From assembly GCF_006345805.1 (NCBI RefSeq), contig NC_043000.1, positions 75,020,001 through 75,084,000 of the forward strand: a stretch of 64,000 nucleotides of DNA, given 5' to 3'. Made by a program: the position numbers and the translations under genes. This stretch comes from Octopus sinensis. Taxonomy: Eukaryota. Under the pieces are notes generated by a model that did not search any database, was not told the DNA's origin, and saw nothing but the letters and a program-made list of their open reading frames with translations. Numbering within the stretch: position 1 is the first letter of the stretch; every line of letters begins with the position of its first letter. Of the stretch, positions 25,420-38,742 are shown in pieces.

Positions 25420-25697
25420 TACAGGGGTTTTTTCAATGGCGGCCCATTTTCGCGGGGTTCCACTATTTCCCTTCTCTCTCTCCCTCTTTTACGTTGTCTG
25501 CCATCCCCCCTCTTCCTTTGCTAAGAGCATTTTTAAGCCAGCCCGTCATATTCCCGTGTCAGGCCGAAGAACGAAATGTTCCCAAGATAAGAGAGTCTTT
25601 CTAATCTAATGTTGTGGTTGAGCTGTTTATTATTTATTATTATTACTATTATTAGTAGTATTAGTATTGTCCCTTTGATCCTCGGTCGAAAATTTGC

Positions 25698-25764
<67 letters not shown>

Positions 25765-26075
25765 TTTCAGCTTCGCCTTGTATTGCATATTATTTCTCCA
25801 TACAGGGGTTTTTTCAATGGCGGCCCATTTTCGCGGGGTTCCACTATTTCCCTTCTCTCTCTCCCTCTTTTACGTTGTCTGCCATCCCCCCTCTTCCTTT
25901 GCTAAGAGCATTTTTAAGCCAGCCCGTCATATTCCCGTGTCAGGCCGAAGAACGAAATGTTCCCAAGATAAGAGAGTCTTTCTAATCTAATGTTGTGGTT
26001 GAGCTGTTATTATTATTATTATTATATTATTATTAGTATTAGTATTGTCCCTTTGATCCTCGGTCGAAAATTTGC

Positions 26076-26136
<61 letters not shown>

Positions 26137-26309
26137 TTTCAGCTTCGCCTTGTATTGCATATTATTTCTCCATACAGGGGTTTTTTCAATGGCGGCCCAT
26201 TTTCGCGGGGTTCCACTATTTCCCTTCTCTCTCTCCCTCTTTTACGTTGTCTGCCATCCCCCCTCTTCCTTTGCTAAGAGCATTTTTAAGCCAGCCCGTC
26301 ATATTCCCG
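25420..26309. repeat. Near-identical tandem repeat of about 375-380 bp (about 2.4 units), each full unit with two (TAT)n tracts
   Basis: tacaggggttttttcaatggcgg starts at 25420, 25801 and 26173. Confidence 0.9.
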
Positions 26310-26555
26310 GTGCACCCGCCCTTGCCCACCCCCACCACCAATACCGGATATCTCTATATTTTTGCTCCATCTATACCGGATGTCGCTTCTCCCACCACCA
26401 TTATAGGTGTCTACTCTTCGAACCCCCCTCTTCAATACGCTATTTCACCATGCATTACCCCTCTCTTGATATCCTACGTTCTACTTGCCTAGAACCTGTC
26501 ATCATTTCTCTGAACCACCCCTCCCCACTGGTGCTCCCCATTATTTCTCCCCCCC

Positions 26556-26805
26556 CCACATAAAAAGCACCATCCGAATGTGGCCGATGCCAGACCCCTC
26601 TGGCACCTGTGCAGGTGGCACGTAAAAAACACCCACTACACTCGCGGAGTGGTTGGCGTTAGGAAGGGCATCCAGCTGTAGAAACACTGCCAGACTAGAC
26701 TGGAGCCTGGGGCAGTCCCGAGCTCCCCAGACCCCGGTCGAAACCGTCCAACCCGTGCTAGCGCGGAAAACGGACGTTAAACGATGATGATGATGATGAT
26801 GATGA

Positions 26806-26808
<3 letters not shown>
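26556..26808 (+). mobile_element. RTE 3'-end fragment
   Basis: ggttggcgttaggaagggcatccagc...ggacgttaaac(GAT)n. Confidence 0.85.
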
Positions 26809-26841
<33 letters not shown>

Positions 26842-27899
26842 AATCTTTGAACAAGGTATAAACAATAGCTGCACGACAACGTGAAGTATATATGCCACAT
26901 AAACATGGCTAACCACTAAGGGTAGATGCTACTGTAGCTTGTATGTATGTGTATATATATATTAAAATTTCTTTGTGTATTGTATAGGCTGTAGTTTGAA
27001 GTGCTCAGATAAAAGCCTGAGACGCAAGATATAAAAATATGTTAAGAAGAATTCAAATAGGTTCAACAATTTATATAAACATATATTCTGTCATGGATCG
27101 ATGTATATCAGTTTTTAAATATACAAATGTATCAGTCATTAAAATATCAAAACATTTATAAAATCTATGAATACATAAATATATAAAAATTTAATATACA
27201 TATATAAATAGAAGAATGGGATTAAGTTATAAAAGTGTAAATGTATAAAGGTATAGATGTATATAGAAATGTTTAGTATTACATTCATATTAAAAGGCAT
27301 TCTAGAATAGTGTTCTAAAAATTATTTAAGAATAAATATGCCCTTATGAAAAGGCAAATAAAATAAAGTCTTACAAAAAAAGAGAATAAAGAAAAATTGT
27401 AGCTTTGAGATTGGATTTTTCAAAAAACATGTATATAATCCAAGAGAATAAGTAATACTGTTTAGATAAACTATTAGTGGTAAATCCTCTTATGGCCATT
27501 TCAGGGGCACAGTAATCCATAGATTTTAAGGGTATTTTCACTAAAAATTGGATACTACCTCCTTCATCAGAGAGTATATTATTCAGGATTCACATTTTGT
27601 ACAATGTTGTGCTGGGTAGATGAGATTTAGTTATATAGGGAGGTGAACTTGTTAACAGGAAGAGGAAATGTTATAGCAAGAATTATGGGAGATACAATTT
27701 AGAAAATGTTGTTAATGTTAAGCAGGTAATAATTGATCAGTATGAAGTTACAGGATGGCAGGAGTACAGAGATTAAGTGAAATATAGATAATTAAAAATT
27801 TAATGGTTAATTTATTGAGATTTATCAAAATATTTAAATGTTGAACGGTATCTGTGGTTACAGGAAAATAAAGCATCTAAGAACTTATTTAATGGTGTA

Positions 27900-29880
27900 G
27901 AGTCATATTGATGAAGAATATTCATGGACTCTCTAACACACTATTTACATACATGCATAATTGTATTATATGGGGATGCTTCTGCTATTACAGACTAAGA
28001 TAATGAGTATTGTATATTTTTAAGTTCTTGTATATACATAGCTAGCGTTGTAGAAAATTTATATTTTATGTTTGTAAAAAAGTCCAAATGGGCCCTATAT
28101 CGATATTTAAAATCTACGCCAAGCTGGCAGAACAGTTAGCACGCCGAGCGAAATGCGTAGCCGTATTTCGTCTGCCGTTACGTTCTGAGTTCAAATTCCG
28201 CCGAGGTCGACTTTGCCTTTCATCCTTTCGGGGTCGGTAAATTAAGTACCAGTTACGCACTGGGATCGATGTAATCGATTTAATCCGTTTGTCTGTCCTT
28301 GTTTGTCCCCTCTATGTTTAGCCCCTTGTGGTTAATAAAGAAAAAGATATTTAAAATCTACAGCGCTTCTGATATAAATTCTTACCCTCTGTGTGGCAAA
28401 GTTCTACACAGAACACCTATACACTACATTATTACGTAAACAGGATCCGGCTAGTGGACACGACTCCTTAATTCGACAATTACATGCATCAGCATTAATT
28501 TTCCAATTACTAGAGGTTAAGTCACCCTTGACCATCAGGGGTGACCTGGTGTAATATTTACATGAGAGCTAGTATCAGTTTTGGGGTTATAAAGTTCATT
28601 ATAAGGATTTATGTGGGTAGATTTCTTAAGCCTGAGTTTAGATCTATTAATGGAATCTATGATCAAACCTAGATTTGGAGTAGTAGAGTAAGACAATTTC
28701 ACAGAGGATTTATTAAAAATTGGATAGTATTTAGGATTTTTAGGAAAATTTTCCTTCAATATCTTGGAAAGTAATTTGGGTAAAGATTTGACCTGAAGAG
28801 AGAAGGGTGGGGCAAACCGTATAATTTCATGTTTCCTAGATTTTGAATGTTTGGTCTGATTAGATTAGTTAGAGATATAAGGTTTATATTTATGTGAATT
28901 CCTAAATGCTACATTATTGATTCAGACCTCATCAATATACTGTTCTTTCATATGTTTAATTGGTTTATCTAAATTGGAGGTTGTATTACTAGATTGTGAA
29001 CCATTTTCATTCAAGATATTTGCAATTGTAGTCTTAAGAATTGTATCAGGGATGTAAAATTTTTTTTGGTTATAATACAGAACATGAGTATTGAATATCT
29101 CCTAGTTCACTGATAAATTTGAAATTTTAATCAAGTTAGCCATTACCATACCATTGAGGGTTGATCTAGGATGATTAGAAAGAACGTTCAGGTACTAAAG
29201 GGTTTGGTTTGGTTTTCTATATGGGTTGTGAAGATTAGTGTTAAGATTAAGTGTGACATCTAAAAAATTAGCAATCTTATTATCTACTTGAAACACTATA
29301 TTTAAATTATAATTTTTACAGAATTTTATTAAATATTTCTTAGTACATTCAATCTCCAGACAGGATAAATTTTTAGTTGCCAAAAGTGAATCGTCCCTAT
29401 AGAGATCCCTCGAGATGTTAAGAAAGTGTTGCTTAATTTTCAAGAGAAGAAACAGTTCCACAAAGTCTATTATTTGGGCTGAATCTGAAGATCCCATTGT
29501 TATATCAAAAAGGGCCGAATTTGTATTTCGGGTCCAATCTTTACCATTAAAGCTTATAAGGGTATTTCTAGAACCCAGGATTATGACTATATGAGATGCA
29601 GGAATGGTTGTATAGTTTTGGGCAAATGATAATACTTCACTCAGTAATTTAGGTGTTATTGAGGTGTAATAATCCAAAATATCGAATTGGATGAAATTAA
29701 TGTGATGTTTGTAATTACATCACTGGTAGAGGAGGAGCTCTCCAATTTCTTTAATTTGGGGTAATACTCTGTCTAAAATTGTTTTACTAATCTTGCCTAA
29801 GTTCAATTTTGTAGGACATATTAACCGAATAGATAGTTTAGTTTGAAAGTATGGTCCTTCAAACCTCCTGATATTTTAAT
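27900..29880 (-). mobile_element. Degenerate Penelope-like element with YRDD-type RT and C-terminal Cys-rich/GIY-YIG region
   Basis: LFDITMGSSDSAQ..LYRDD..FLDVTLNL (29195-29677); KLSYS (28535-28759); CNCRIKESCPLAGSCLRNNVVY (about 28440-28510); split by the SINE at 28118. Confidence 0.75.
28118..28345 (+). mobile_element. tRNA-derived SINE, family B, with 16-bp TSD
   Basis: B box gagttcaaattcc; core ctttcatcctttcggggtcg..taagtaccag (Meta/MESC-like from memory, unverified); TSD GATATTTAAAATCTAC at 28102-28117 and 28346-28361. Confidence 0.9.
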
Positions 29881-29884
29881 CATC

Positions 29885-31345
29885 TCAGTGATGATGGGCT
29901 GGGGGCTTTCCCTGTCTTCATATCCTTAATTACTTTATCTACCAAGGTACTGTCAATTCAGATAGCTGGTCCTTCATTTGAGTTGATATTTGGCAGACTC
30001 TCCTCCATTCTGTTCATTCTCCACATGCAGCAGTCTTTCATAATGGCATTTCCAAGCCGCTTTCTTTGCAGAATCATTAAACGCAAGTGCACCATCATCC
30101 ATGCAGACACATTTCTCTCCTATGATATCACAGTTTTCCCTCACACACTGTCTTGCAATTCAAAATGCTTCAAGTCTTTGGTCCTCATGTCACTGAAGAT
30201 AAGAAAACTTCTTTTCAGCTTCTTCCTTGGCTAGATATATCTATCTCCTAGCTTCCCTTCTGACTATCTGATACAGATCCCTACTGCCCCCACTCTTCCA
30301 GACCTGTTTCTTTGCTCTAATGGTCTTGTCTACAGCATCGTTCCACCACCACGTCACCCTAGGTCTGGATGGTACTTTGCACCAGCTGCAGATTTGGTCT
30401 GTGGTATGCTGCAAGCTGTCCCACAGGAATTTTCAGTTGCCTTCTTTGTCTTAAGTCTGTAGTTCCTCTTCCCTCTCATCAAATTTCTCAATTAGGATAT
30501 CTCTAAATCTCAGACCATTTGAAGGGTCCTTCAGCTTCCAAATCCTTCTTTTCCAGATTGGTCTGCTTTTTGGCATCCTTCTGGCCTTGAGGCTAAAGTC
30601 ACCAATGACTAGTCTATGCTGGGAGGGGGGGTATACATTCTTCTCCAGGGAGGATCTTTGTATTTAGGAAAATCATGCATCCCGCTGTCTGGTGAGAATG
30701 TAATCGATCTGGCAATCTGATTGGTAGGTTATCAGGTGGCTGGCTGGCTTCTTGAAGTTGGCACCACAGAACTCCAGTAACTTTGTTACCCCTTCATTTC
30801 AGGAACCAATTCTGTGGCCCCCAAATACACTATGGAAGATACCAGGCTGTCATCCAACATGCCCATTGAAATCCCCAGCCATGAAGAGGAGATAATTGTC
30901 ATTTGTCTTTGAGGTAGCATGCAGAAGAATATCATAAAAGTGGTCCTTTTGTTCATTTGGTAGGCCCACTGGGGAGGGGGGCATAGGCAGAGATAATTGT
31001 CACTATACTATTCTGCAAGACTAGCCTGACATTAAGTACTTTATTGTACACTCTCACTACCTCTATGACCTTATCTGCCTATTTCTCTGCAAGAAGTATG
31101 CCCACACCACCTACTCTGTTACCTTCCTAGAAGATTTTATACCTATGAGTCTTGCCTGTGAGGAACCTGGCTGAAGCTCCTCTTGAATGCAACATACACC
31201 AAAACACCACCATTCAAGCATCTCAACAATCTCACTAGACCTACCTTGCAATGTGCCTACATTGGCAGTGCCAACTCTTAAAACTAGGAAAGAGAAATGG
31301 GAGGTAACATGGGAAGGAGAGATGGTATCCGGCACCTGAAAAGAA
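29885..31345 (-). mobile_element. Degenerate RTE fragment (APE endonuclease + linker)
   Basis: LRVGTANVGTLQGRSSEIVEMLE...VCCIQE (31111-31353); the downstream part matches the linker of the RTE at 34305. Confidence 0.75.
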
Positions 31346-32141
31346 GGTTTCAATGATCATTTGATAAAAGACATCAGTTCTCACTTTAACCTACCATCAT
31401 TCAAAAATGTTAAAATTGTTGCCCCTATTGGGGGTGAGTGTAATATAAGCATTGTAAGTATAAGTGTTATTGCTGTAAGCATAAATAGGTCAATATTTAA
31501 ATTAAGAAGATGAGCTGCTATTGGCTAATCCATTATATTTAGAAAAAAAAGAGGTAGGTGGTTTGTTAATTTACTAAGTAACACATCTCCATTTGGCACA
31601 TGCAGTAGTGTGGAGGATTGCTGGTGATGGTTTTGGGGTCTTCTGGTACAGAAGTGAGGCAGAGACCTGTAGGGGTTTCCAGTATAAGAGAAGAGATTTC
31701 TAGTATAGGTGGTGGGGGCATCGTGGACAAGCAATGACCAGCTTTACCTCAGGAAATAGCAATAAGAAGACATTAGTGAGGCAGAGAGAGAGAGAGAGAG
31801 AAAGGAAGAGAGACTTGAAAGATTTTACCACTGGGAGAAACATGGCAAGTATGAGTAAGACAGAAGTTATAAAACAAGGCAAGAAAGTTTACAAATTTTA
31901 GAGAGAGTGGGAGAAATCGCTGAGGAAGTCATGGCAAAGTATGGAAACACATGGCTTATGAAACAGGGAGAGAATATTGCAAAGGTTTAAAGAATTACAA
32001 GTTTTGAAAGTTATTCTAAGAATTAAAGAATTACAAATTTTGTATATATATATATATATATATATGCATTCTTATGCTTGTATGTTTGTGGACATATGTC
32101 TGATGTGTATATGTCTATATATGTGTGCGTACAGATGATTT

Positions 32142-33325
32142 TACTGATATCATCATCATCATCATCATCATCATTTAATGTCCGCTTTCCATGCTAGCAT
32201 GGGTTGGACGATTTGACTGAGGTCTGGCGAACCAGACTCCAATCTGATCTGGCAGAGTTTCTACAGCTGGATGCCCTTCCTAACGCCAACCACTCTGAGA
32301 GTGTAGTGGGTGCTTTTACGTGCCACCGGCACGAGGTCCAGTTTGGTGGTACTGGCAACGGCCACGCCAAAATGGTGCTTTTTACATGCCACCTGCACAG
32401 GAGCCAGTCCAGTGGCACTGGCGATCACCTCGCCTGAATATTTCACATGCCACCTGCACAAGTGCTGGTAAGGTGACGCGATAACGATCACACTTGAATG
32501 GTATGCTTAACGTGCCATTGGCACGGAGGCCAGCTTGTTGCTCTGGCAACGATCTCATTCGTATGGTACTCTTAGCACTCCACTAGCAACAGATGCCAGT
32601 CACTGAATTTGATTTCGACTTCAATTTCACTTGGCTCAACTGGTCTTTGCAAGCAGAGTTTAGTGTCCAATGAAGAAAAGGCATGCACAAGTGGACTGGT
32701 TACACCCCTTGCATAGGCCACAAGGTTATGGTCACACTTACGCTTGTTGTGTCTTCTGCAGCACAGCATATTTCCAGAGGTCCCGGTCACTAGTCATTGC
32801 CTCAGTGAGGCCCAATGTTTGAAGGTCATGCTTCACCACCTCATCCCATGTCTTCCTGGGTCTACCTCTTCCACAGGTTCCTTCAACTGCTAGGGTATGG
32901 CACTGTTTCACACAACTATCCACATCCATTCTCTCCACATGACCATACCAGCGCAATCGTCTCTCTTGCACACCACATCTGATGCTTCTTAGGTCCAACC
33001 TTTCTCTCAGGGCACTAACACTCTGTCAAGTATGCACACTGATATTACACATCCATCGGAGCATGCTGGCTTCATTCCTTGTGAGCTTACGTTTGTCCTC
33101 AGCAGTCACGGCCCATGTTTCACTGCCATGTAGCATGGCTGTTCATACACATGCATCGTACAGTCTACCTTTTACTCTGAGCGAGAGGCCCTTTGTCACC
33201 AGCAGAGGTAAGAGCTCTCTGAACTTAGCCCAGGCTATTCTTATTCTAGCGGCTACACTTTCAGTGCACCCTCTCCCGCTACTCACTTGGTCACCTAGAC
33301 AACAGAAGCTATCAACTACTTCTAG
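32142..33325 (-). mobile_element. 5'-truncated RTE LINE
   Basis: RT C-terminus ORF 32738..32998, 3'UTR repeats, (GAT)n tail. Confidence 0.85.
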
Positions 33326-33391
33326 TTGTTGGTATAAGGTGTATGTATATATTTATACATACATATTTATATATGATCTTATGTATGTGCA

Positions 33392-33453
<62 letters not shown>

Positions 33454-33602
33454 CATGCACACATACACACATAAGCAAGCACATAAATGCAAAACATGGT
33501 GGAAAAAATAGTACTAGAATACCAAAAGTTGAGTAATATGCTTTTATTAAAGATTCTTGATCACAACTGCCCAACGAACAGGGGAAAATGTATAATAAAA
33601 AA

Positions 33603-33638
<36 letters not shown>

Positions 33639-33639
33639 A

Positions 33640-33842
33640 TACTCTTTTACTTGTTTCAGTCATTTGACTGCGGCCATGCTGGAGCACCGCCTTTAGTTGA
33701 GCAAATCGACCTCGGGACTTATTCTTTGTAAGCCCAGTATTTATTCTATCAGTCTCTTTTACTGAACCGCTAAGTGACGGGGATGTAAACACACCAGCAT
33801 CGGTCGTCAAGCAATGCTAGGGGGACAAACACAGACACACAA

Positions 33843-33875
<33 letters not shown>

Positions 33876-34046
33876 CATATATACGACAGGCTTCTTTCAG
33901 TTTCCGTCTACCAAATCCACTCACAAGGCATTGGTCAGCCCGGGGCTATAGCAGAAGACACTTGCCCAAGATTCCACGCAGTGGGACTGAACCCGGAACC
34001 ATGTGGTTGGTTAGCAAGCTACTTACCACACAGCCACTCCTGCACC
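33640..34046 (-). mobile_element. Family A SINE
   Basis: Full-length reverse-complement match to 3655-4075. Confidence 0.85.
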
Positions 34047-34304
34047 TATGTGTTGCCTTATCTTTATTATTTTATACTCCTGATAGTAATATTTAACTCT
34101 TTATATAGTCAATTCGACCACCTTCAGTATAACGGTAATTCAAATTTTGAACTTATATAGATATTAACAATGTTTATAGGACACTTATGTGTAAAATTTT
34201 TTAATATATCTAGCTGTATGGTAACAGTAATTACATATTCTCAGACGCTATTTCAATGAATGCATACCAATATTATCATTGTATGTATTTACCTTATAAG
34301 GGGA

Positions 34305-36940
34305 TATAGCTTCACATGGTGTAGAAGACAACTGGAGGTTTTTACGGGACAACATGCTGAGAGCCACTGACCAGATCTGCGGATGGTGCAAAGTCCCCTC
34401 TCAACCCAAAGTAACGTGGTGGAGGAACAATGTTGTTGACAGGGCTATTAGAGAAAAGAAACAGGACTGGAAGGACGGTGGTAGCAGGGAATTGTATCAG
34501 ACTGCCAGAAGGGAAGCTAGGAGACAGGTTTATTTAGCTAGAGGGGAAGCAGATAAGACAAAATTTGCCAATGTTCTGCACTGTGAGGACCAAAGAATTG
34601 AGGTATTTCATGTTGCAAGACAGTTTTGCAAGACAGATGTTGGTTGCTATGATGTTGGTTGCAAGACTATGAAAGGTTGCTCAATAAAGAAAATGAATGG
34701 GAGAAAGAGAGTCTGCAGAATGTTGACTCAACAGAGGGGCCAGCTATCCGAGTTGACAGTACCTTGGTAGATAAAGCAATTAAAAGTATGAAGACAGGGG
34801 AAGCCCCTGGCCCATCAGGAATCACTGCAGAGATGCTCAAAATATCTGGCAGTGTCGGCTATAGCCTAGTCACCCGTATAGCTAACCAGGTGATACATGA
34901 AGGAGTCATATTCAATGACTGGTGTAGCAGCGTAATAGTCAACTGCTACAAAGGTATAGGTGAAGCTTTAGATACAAATAATTACAGAGGTATCAAGCTA
35001 TTGGATCAGGTAATGAAGGTCATGGAGAGGGTCATAGCCCAACTAATTAGGGAGAGATGCAGTTTGGTTTCATGCCAGGGAAAAGCACCACTAATGCTAT
35101 ATTTCTGGTAAGACAGCTGCAGGAGAAATACCTAGCCAAAGATAAGCCCCTGTACCTGGCTTTCGTTGACATGGAGAAAGGCTTTGACAGGGTCCCCCGA
35201 TCCCTTATCTGGTAGTCAATAAGGAAACTAGGGATAGATGAATGGTTAGTGAGAGTCATGCAAGCCATGTACAGGGACACTGTCAGTAAGGTTAGGGTTG
35301 GTAACAAGTACATTCAAGAATTCAGGGTAGAGATAGGGGTCCACCAAGGTTCAGTCCTTAGCCCCCTCCTATTTATCATAGTCCTCCAGGCAATAACGGA
35401 GGAATTCAAGACAGGATGCCTCTGGGAGCTCCTCTATGCTGATGACCTTGCTCTAATTGCTGAGTCACTATCAGAACTAGAGGAGAAGTTTCAAGTGTGG
35501 AAACAAGGATTAGAATTGAAGGACCTTAGAGTCAACTTAGCTAAAACCAAGGTCCTAATAAGTAGGAAAGCAGGCAAACCATAAATCCCTTCAGGTAGAT
35601 GGCCCTGCTCAATCTGTAGAAAAGGCATAGGTAGAAACTCTATAAGATGTACCCAGTGTAAGCTATGGGCACATAAGAAGTGCAGCAATATCAAAGGAAA
35701 GCTAACTAGGAGGCTCATTTTTGTACGTGGCAGATGCTCTGGAGCAATAAATAACACTGAAAATGTGCAGAGAACAACTTCTGCCACATTCCAGGGAGAA
35801 AAACTAGACGTAGTTGATAGCTTCCATTACCTACGTGACCAAGTGAGTAGCGGGGAGAGGGTGCACTGAAAGTGTAGCTGCTAGAATAAGAATAGCCTGG
35901 GTTAAGTTCAGAGAGCTCTTACTTTTGCTGGTGACAAAGGGCCTCTCGCTCAGAGTAAAAGGTAGACTGTACGACGCATTTGTGTGAACAGCCATGCTAC
36001 ATGGCAGTGAAACATGGGCCATGACTGCTGAGGACAAGCGTAAGCTCACAAGGAATGAAGCCAGCATGCTCCGATGGATGTGTAATATCAGTGTGCATAC
36101 TTGACAGAGTGTTAGTGCCCTGAGAGAAAGTTTGGACCTAAGAAGCACCAGATGTGATGTGCAAGAGATACGACTGTGCTGGTATGGTCATGTGGAGAGA
36201 ATGGATGTGGATAGTTGTGTGAAAAAGTGCCACACCCTAGCAGTTGAGGGAACCTGTGGAAGAGGTAGACCCAGGAAGACCTGGGATGAGGTGGTGAAGC
36301 ATGACCTTCAAACACTGGGCCTCACCGAGGCAATGACTAGTGACTGGGACCTTTGGAATTATGCTGTGCTTGAGAAGACTCGGGAAGCGCAAGTGAGACC
36401 ATAACCTTGTGGCCTATGCCAGGGGTGTAACCAGTCCACTTATGCATGCCTTTCCCTCATTGGACACTAAAGTCTGCTTGCAAAGACCTGTTGAGTCAAG
36501 TGAAATCGAAATTGAAGTCAAATTCGATGACTGGCATCTGTTGCTAGTGGAGCGTTAAGAGTACCACACATGTGAAATCATTGCCTCCGTGCCGATGGCA
36601 CATTAAGCACACCATTCAAGTGTGATCGTTACCTGCGTTGCCTTACTAGCACTTGTGCTGGTGGCATATGAAAAAACATTCGAGCGAGCTCGTTACCAGT
36701 GCCGCTGGACTGGCTCCCGTGCAGGTGGCACTTAAAAAGCACCATTTGAGCGTGGCCATTACCAGTACCACCAAACTGGTACGTAAAAGCACCCTCTACA
36801 CTCTTGGAGTGGTTGGCATTAGGAAGGGCATCCAGCTATAGAAACTTCCAGATCAGATTGGAGTCTAGTGCAGCCATCTGGTTCACCAGACCTCAGTCAA
36901 ATTGTCCAACCCATGCTAGCATGGAAAGCAGACGTTAAAC
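34305..36940 (+). mobile_element. RTE LINE (RT domain with frameshifts + 3'UTR)
   Basis: APGPSGITAEMLK, NYRGIKLL, AFVDMEKGFD, GVHQGSVLSPLLF, LLYADDL, RLCWYGHV motifs. Confidence 0.9.
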
Positions 36941-37483
36941 AATTTAATATTGTTCATATTTTTCTTGATATCAATCCTTATATCTCATAAATATTGTCTG
37001 TAAGAACTTTTATTTAGATTCACTTCATTATTTTTTCAGTCTTTATAATCTATTATTTTCTTGGTTATTAATGATAAATATATGATTTTCCTTTTGTTGT
37101 ACCAAAATTTTGTACTAGTTACTTTTTAATATCTTACTATATTTTTCTTCCTTTCCTTAGAAAACTGTCTTATTAATTTCTATTTAATTTTATTCTTATT
37201 GTCTTCTATATTTTTTAAGGTTCTTTATTTTAAATATTGACTTTGTGTTCTTGAAATATTATGTCAAGGGATTATTTTTTAATATGTATTTCTTTTAACC
37301 TGAAGAGCTAGCTTATTATCTACATTAATTTAAAGATTGTTTATATTAATATAGGCTTGTAAGTAACTTATTACTCATTATATTCTATAATAAGATAAAT
37401 TATCTATAGATGTTTTATTAAACTGCAAAACAATTGTTGTTAATTAAATTTTCCAATGATTAAATATATTCTATCATACTATA

Positions 37484-38742
37484 CGCGGGGCGTTCAATAA
37501 GTAATGCCCCTGACCCACTTCCCATAGCAGTAGAGCAACAACACTTGGCACAGTTATTAGTCTTTTCCTACATAGGAACTACCCAGAGTTATGCATTTCT
37601 CCCATCATTTGATACAGCTCTGGAGACCGTTTTTGTAGAAGACCCCAGCTTGGTCCTCCAACCACGACGTGACTTCAGAAATCAAGGCTGCATCATCTGG
37701 GAAACGCTTTCCTTTCAAAATCAACTTCATGGCTGGGAAGAGGTGAAAATCAGAGGGTGCAAGGGGAGGAGTTCATAGCTGCACGCCTGTGCTTCTGATC
37801 TGGCGACACGCGAGTTGTGGACCGGAGCGTTGTCCTGCAGGAGGAGGATGCCTTTGCTGATCTTGCCCCGCCTCTTGATTTTGATAGCTTCTCTTAATTT
37901 CCTCAAAAGTGAAGCATAATAGGCTCCTGTAATTGTGGTACCCTTTGCCAGGAAATCTGTCATCACTACTCCGTCCTGGTCCCAGAAGACTGTGAGCATA
38001 ACCTTGTCAGTGGAGGGCTGCACCCTTGCCTTCTTTGGAGGAGGTGAGTCACGGTGCTTTCACTGCATTGACTGGGCTTTGGTCTATGGATCATAGTGAT
38101 GGACCCAGGTTTTATCCTGTGTGATCAGTCTTTTGAAAAATTTTGACTCATCTTCTTGGCACATCTCCAAATTCATCCCCGAGCACTCAACTCGTTCTTG
38201 CTTCTGGAAAGGTGTGAGCAACCTGGAAATCCATCTGGCAGACACCTTTTGCATATGCAAATGGTCATGAATGATAGTTTCCACAGACCCGGTACTAATC
38301 TTGACCTTATGGGCTATTTGGCGAATAGTTATGTGTTGACCTTCCAAAATGGCAGCCTCAACTTGACGGACAGACGTCTCAACAGCAGAAGGGGGCGACC
38401 AGATCTGGGAGCTGTTTCCACAGAGTTCCGACTATGTTTGAATTCACAATGCCAGCGTTTTACAAGGTCATATGATGGGGCATCATCACCATAAGTTACT
38501 TTCAAAAGTCTCCCGTGGTGTGCATCCTTTCAAATACAAAAACCAGATCACTGCTCGACACTCAACAGGCTCCATTCCACACTTGACTCAGTTCAAACAC
38601 CTGTAAATCAGAAACCACAATTAGTTCAGAGCTGTAATTCACCACTTAATCTATAGAGGTATAAATAAGTACACATGCAAAATTTCAGCTAGATCAAACA
38701 ACTGCAAGTGGGTCAGGGGCATTACTTATTGAACGCCCCTCG
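37484..38742 (-). mobile_element. Full-length mariner transposon, inactivated
   Basis: About 37-bp TIRs (cgcggggcgttcaataagtaatgcccctgacccactt / aagtgggtcaggggcattacttattgaacgcccctcg); TA on both flanks; ITQDKTWVHHYDP, LLQDNAPVH and SDFHLF motifs; in-frame stops near 38060-38085. Confidence 0.92.

Noticed and set aside
25563-25590. CCGAAGA-A-CGAAA-TGTT as a minimal hammerhead in the 380-bp tandem unit
   Set aside because: The core begins CCGA rather than CUGA, stem II is absent and stem I has only 2 bp; identical in all units, so no covariation support.
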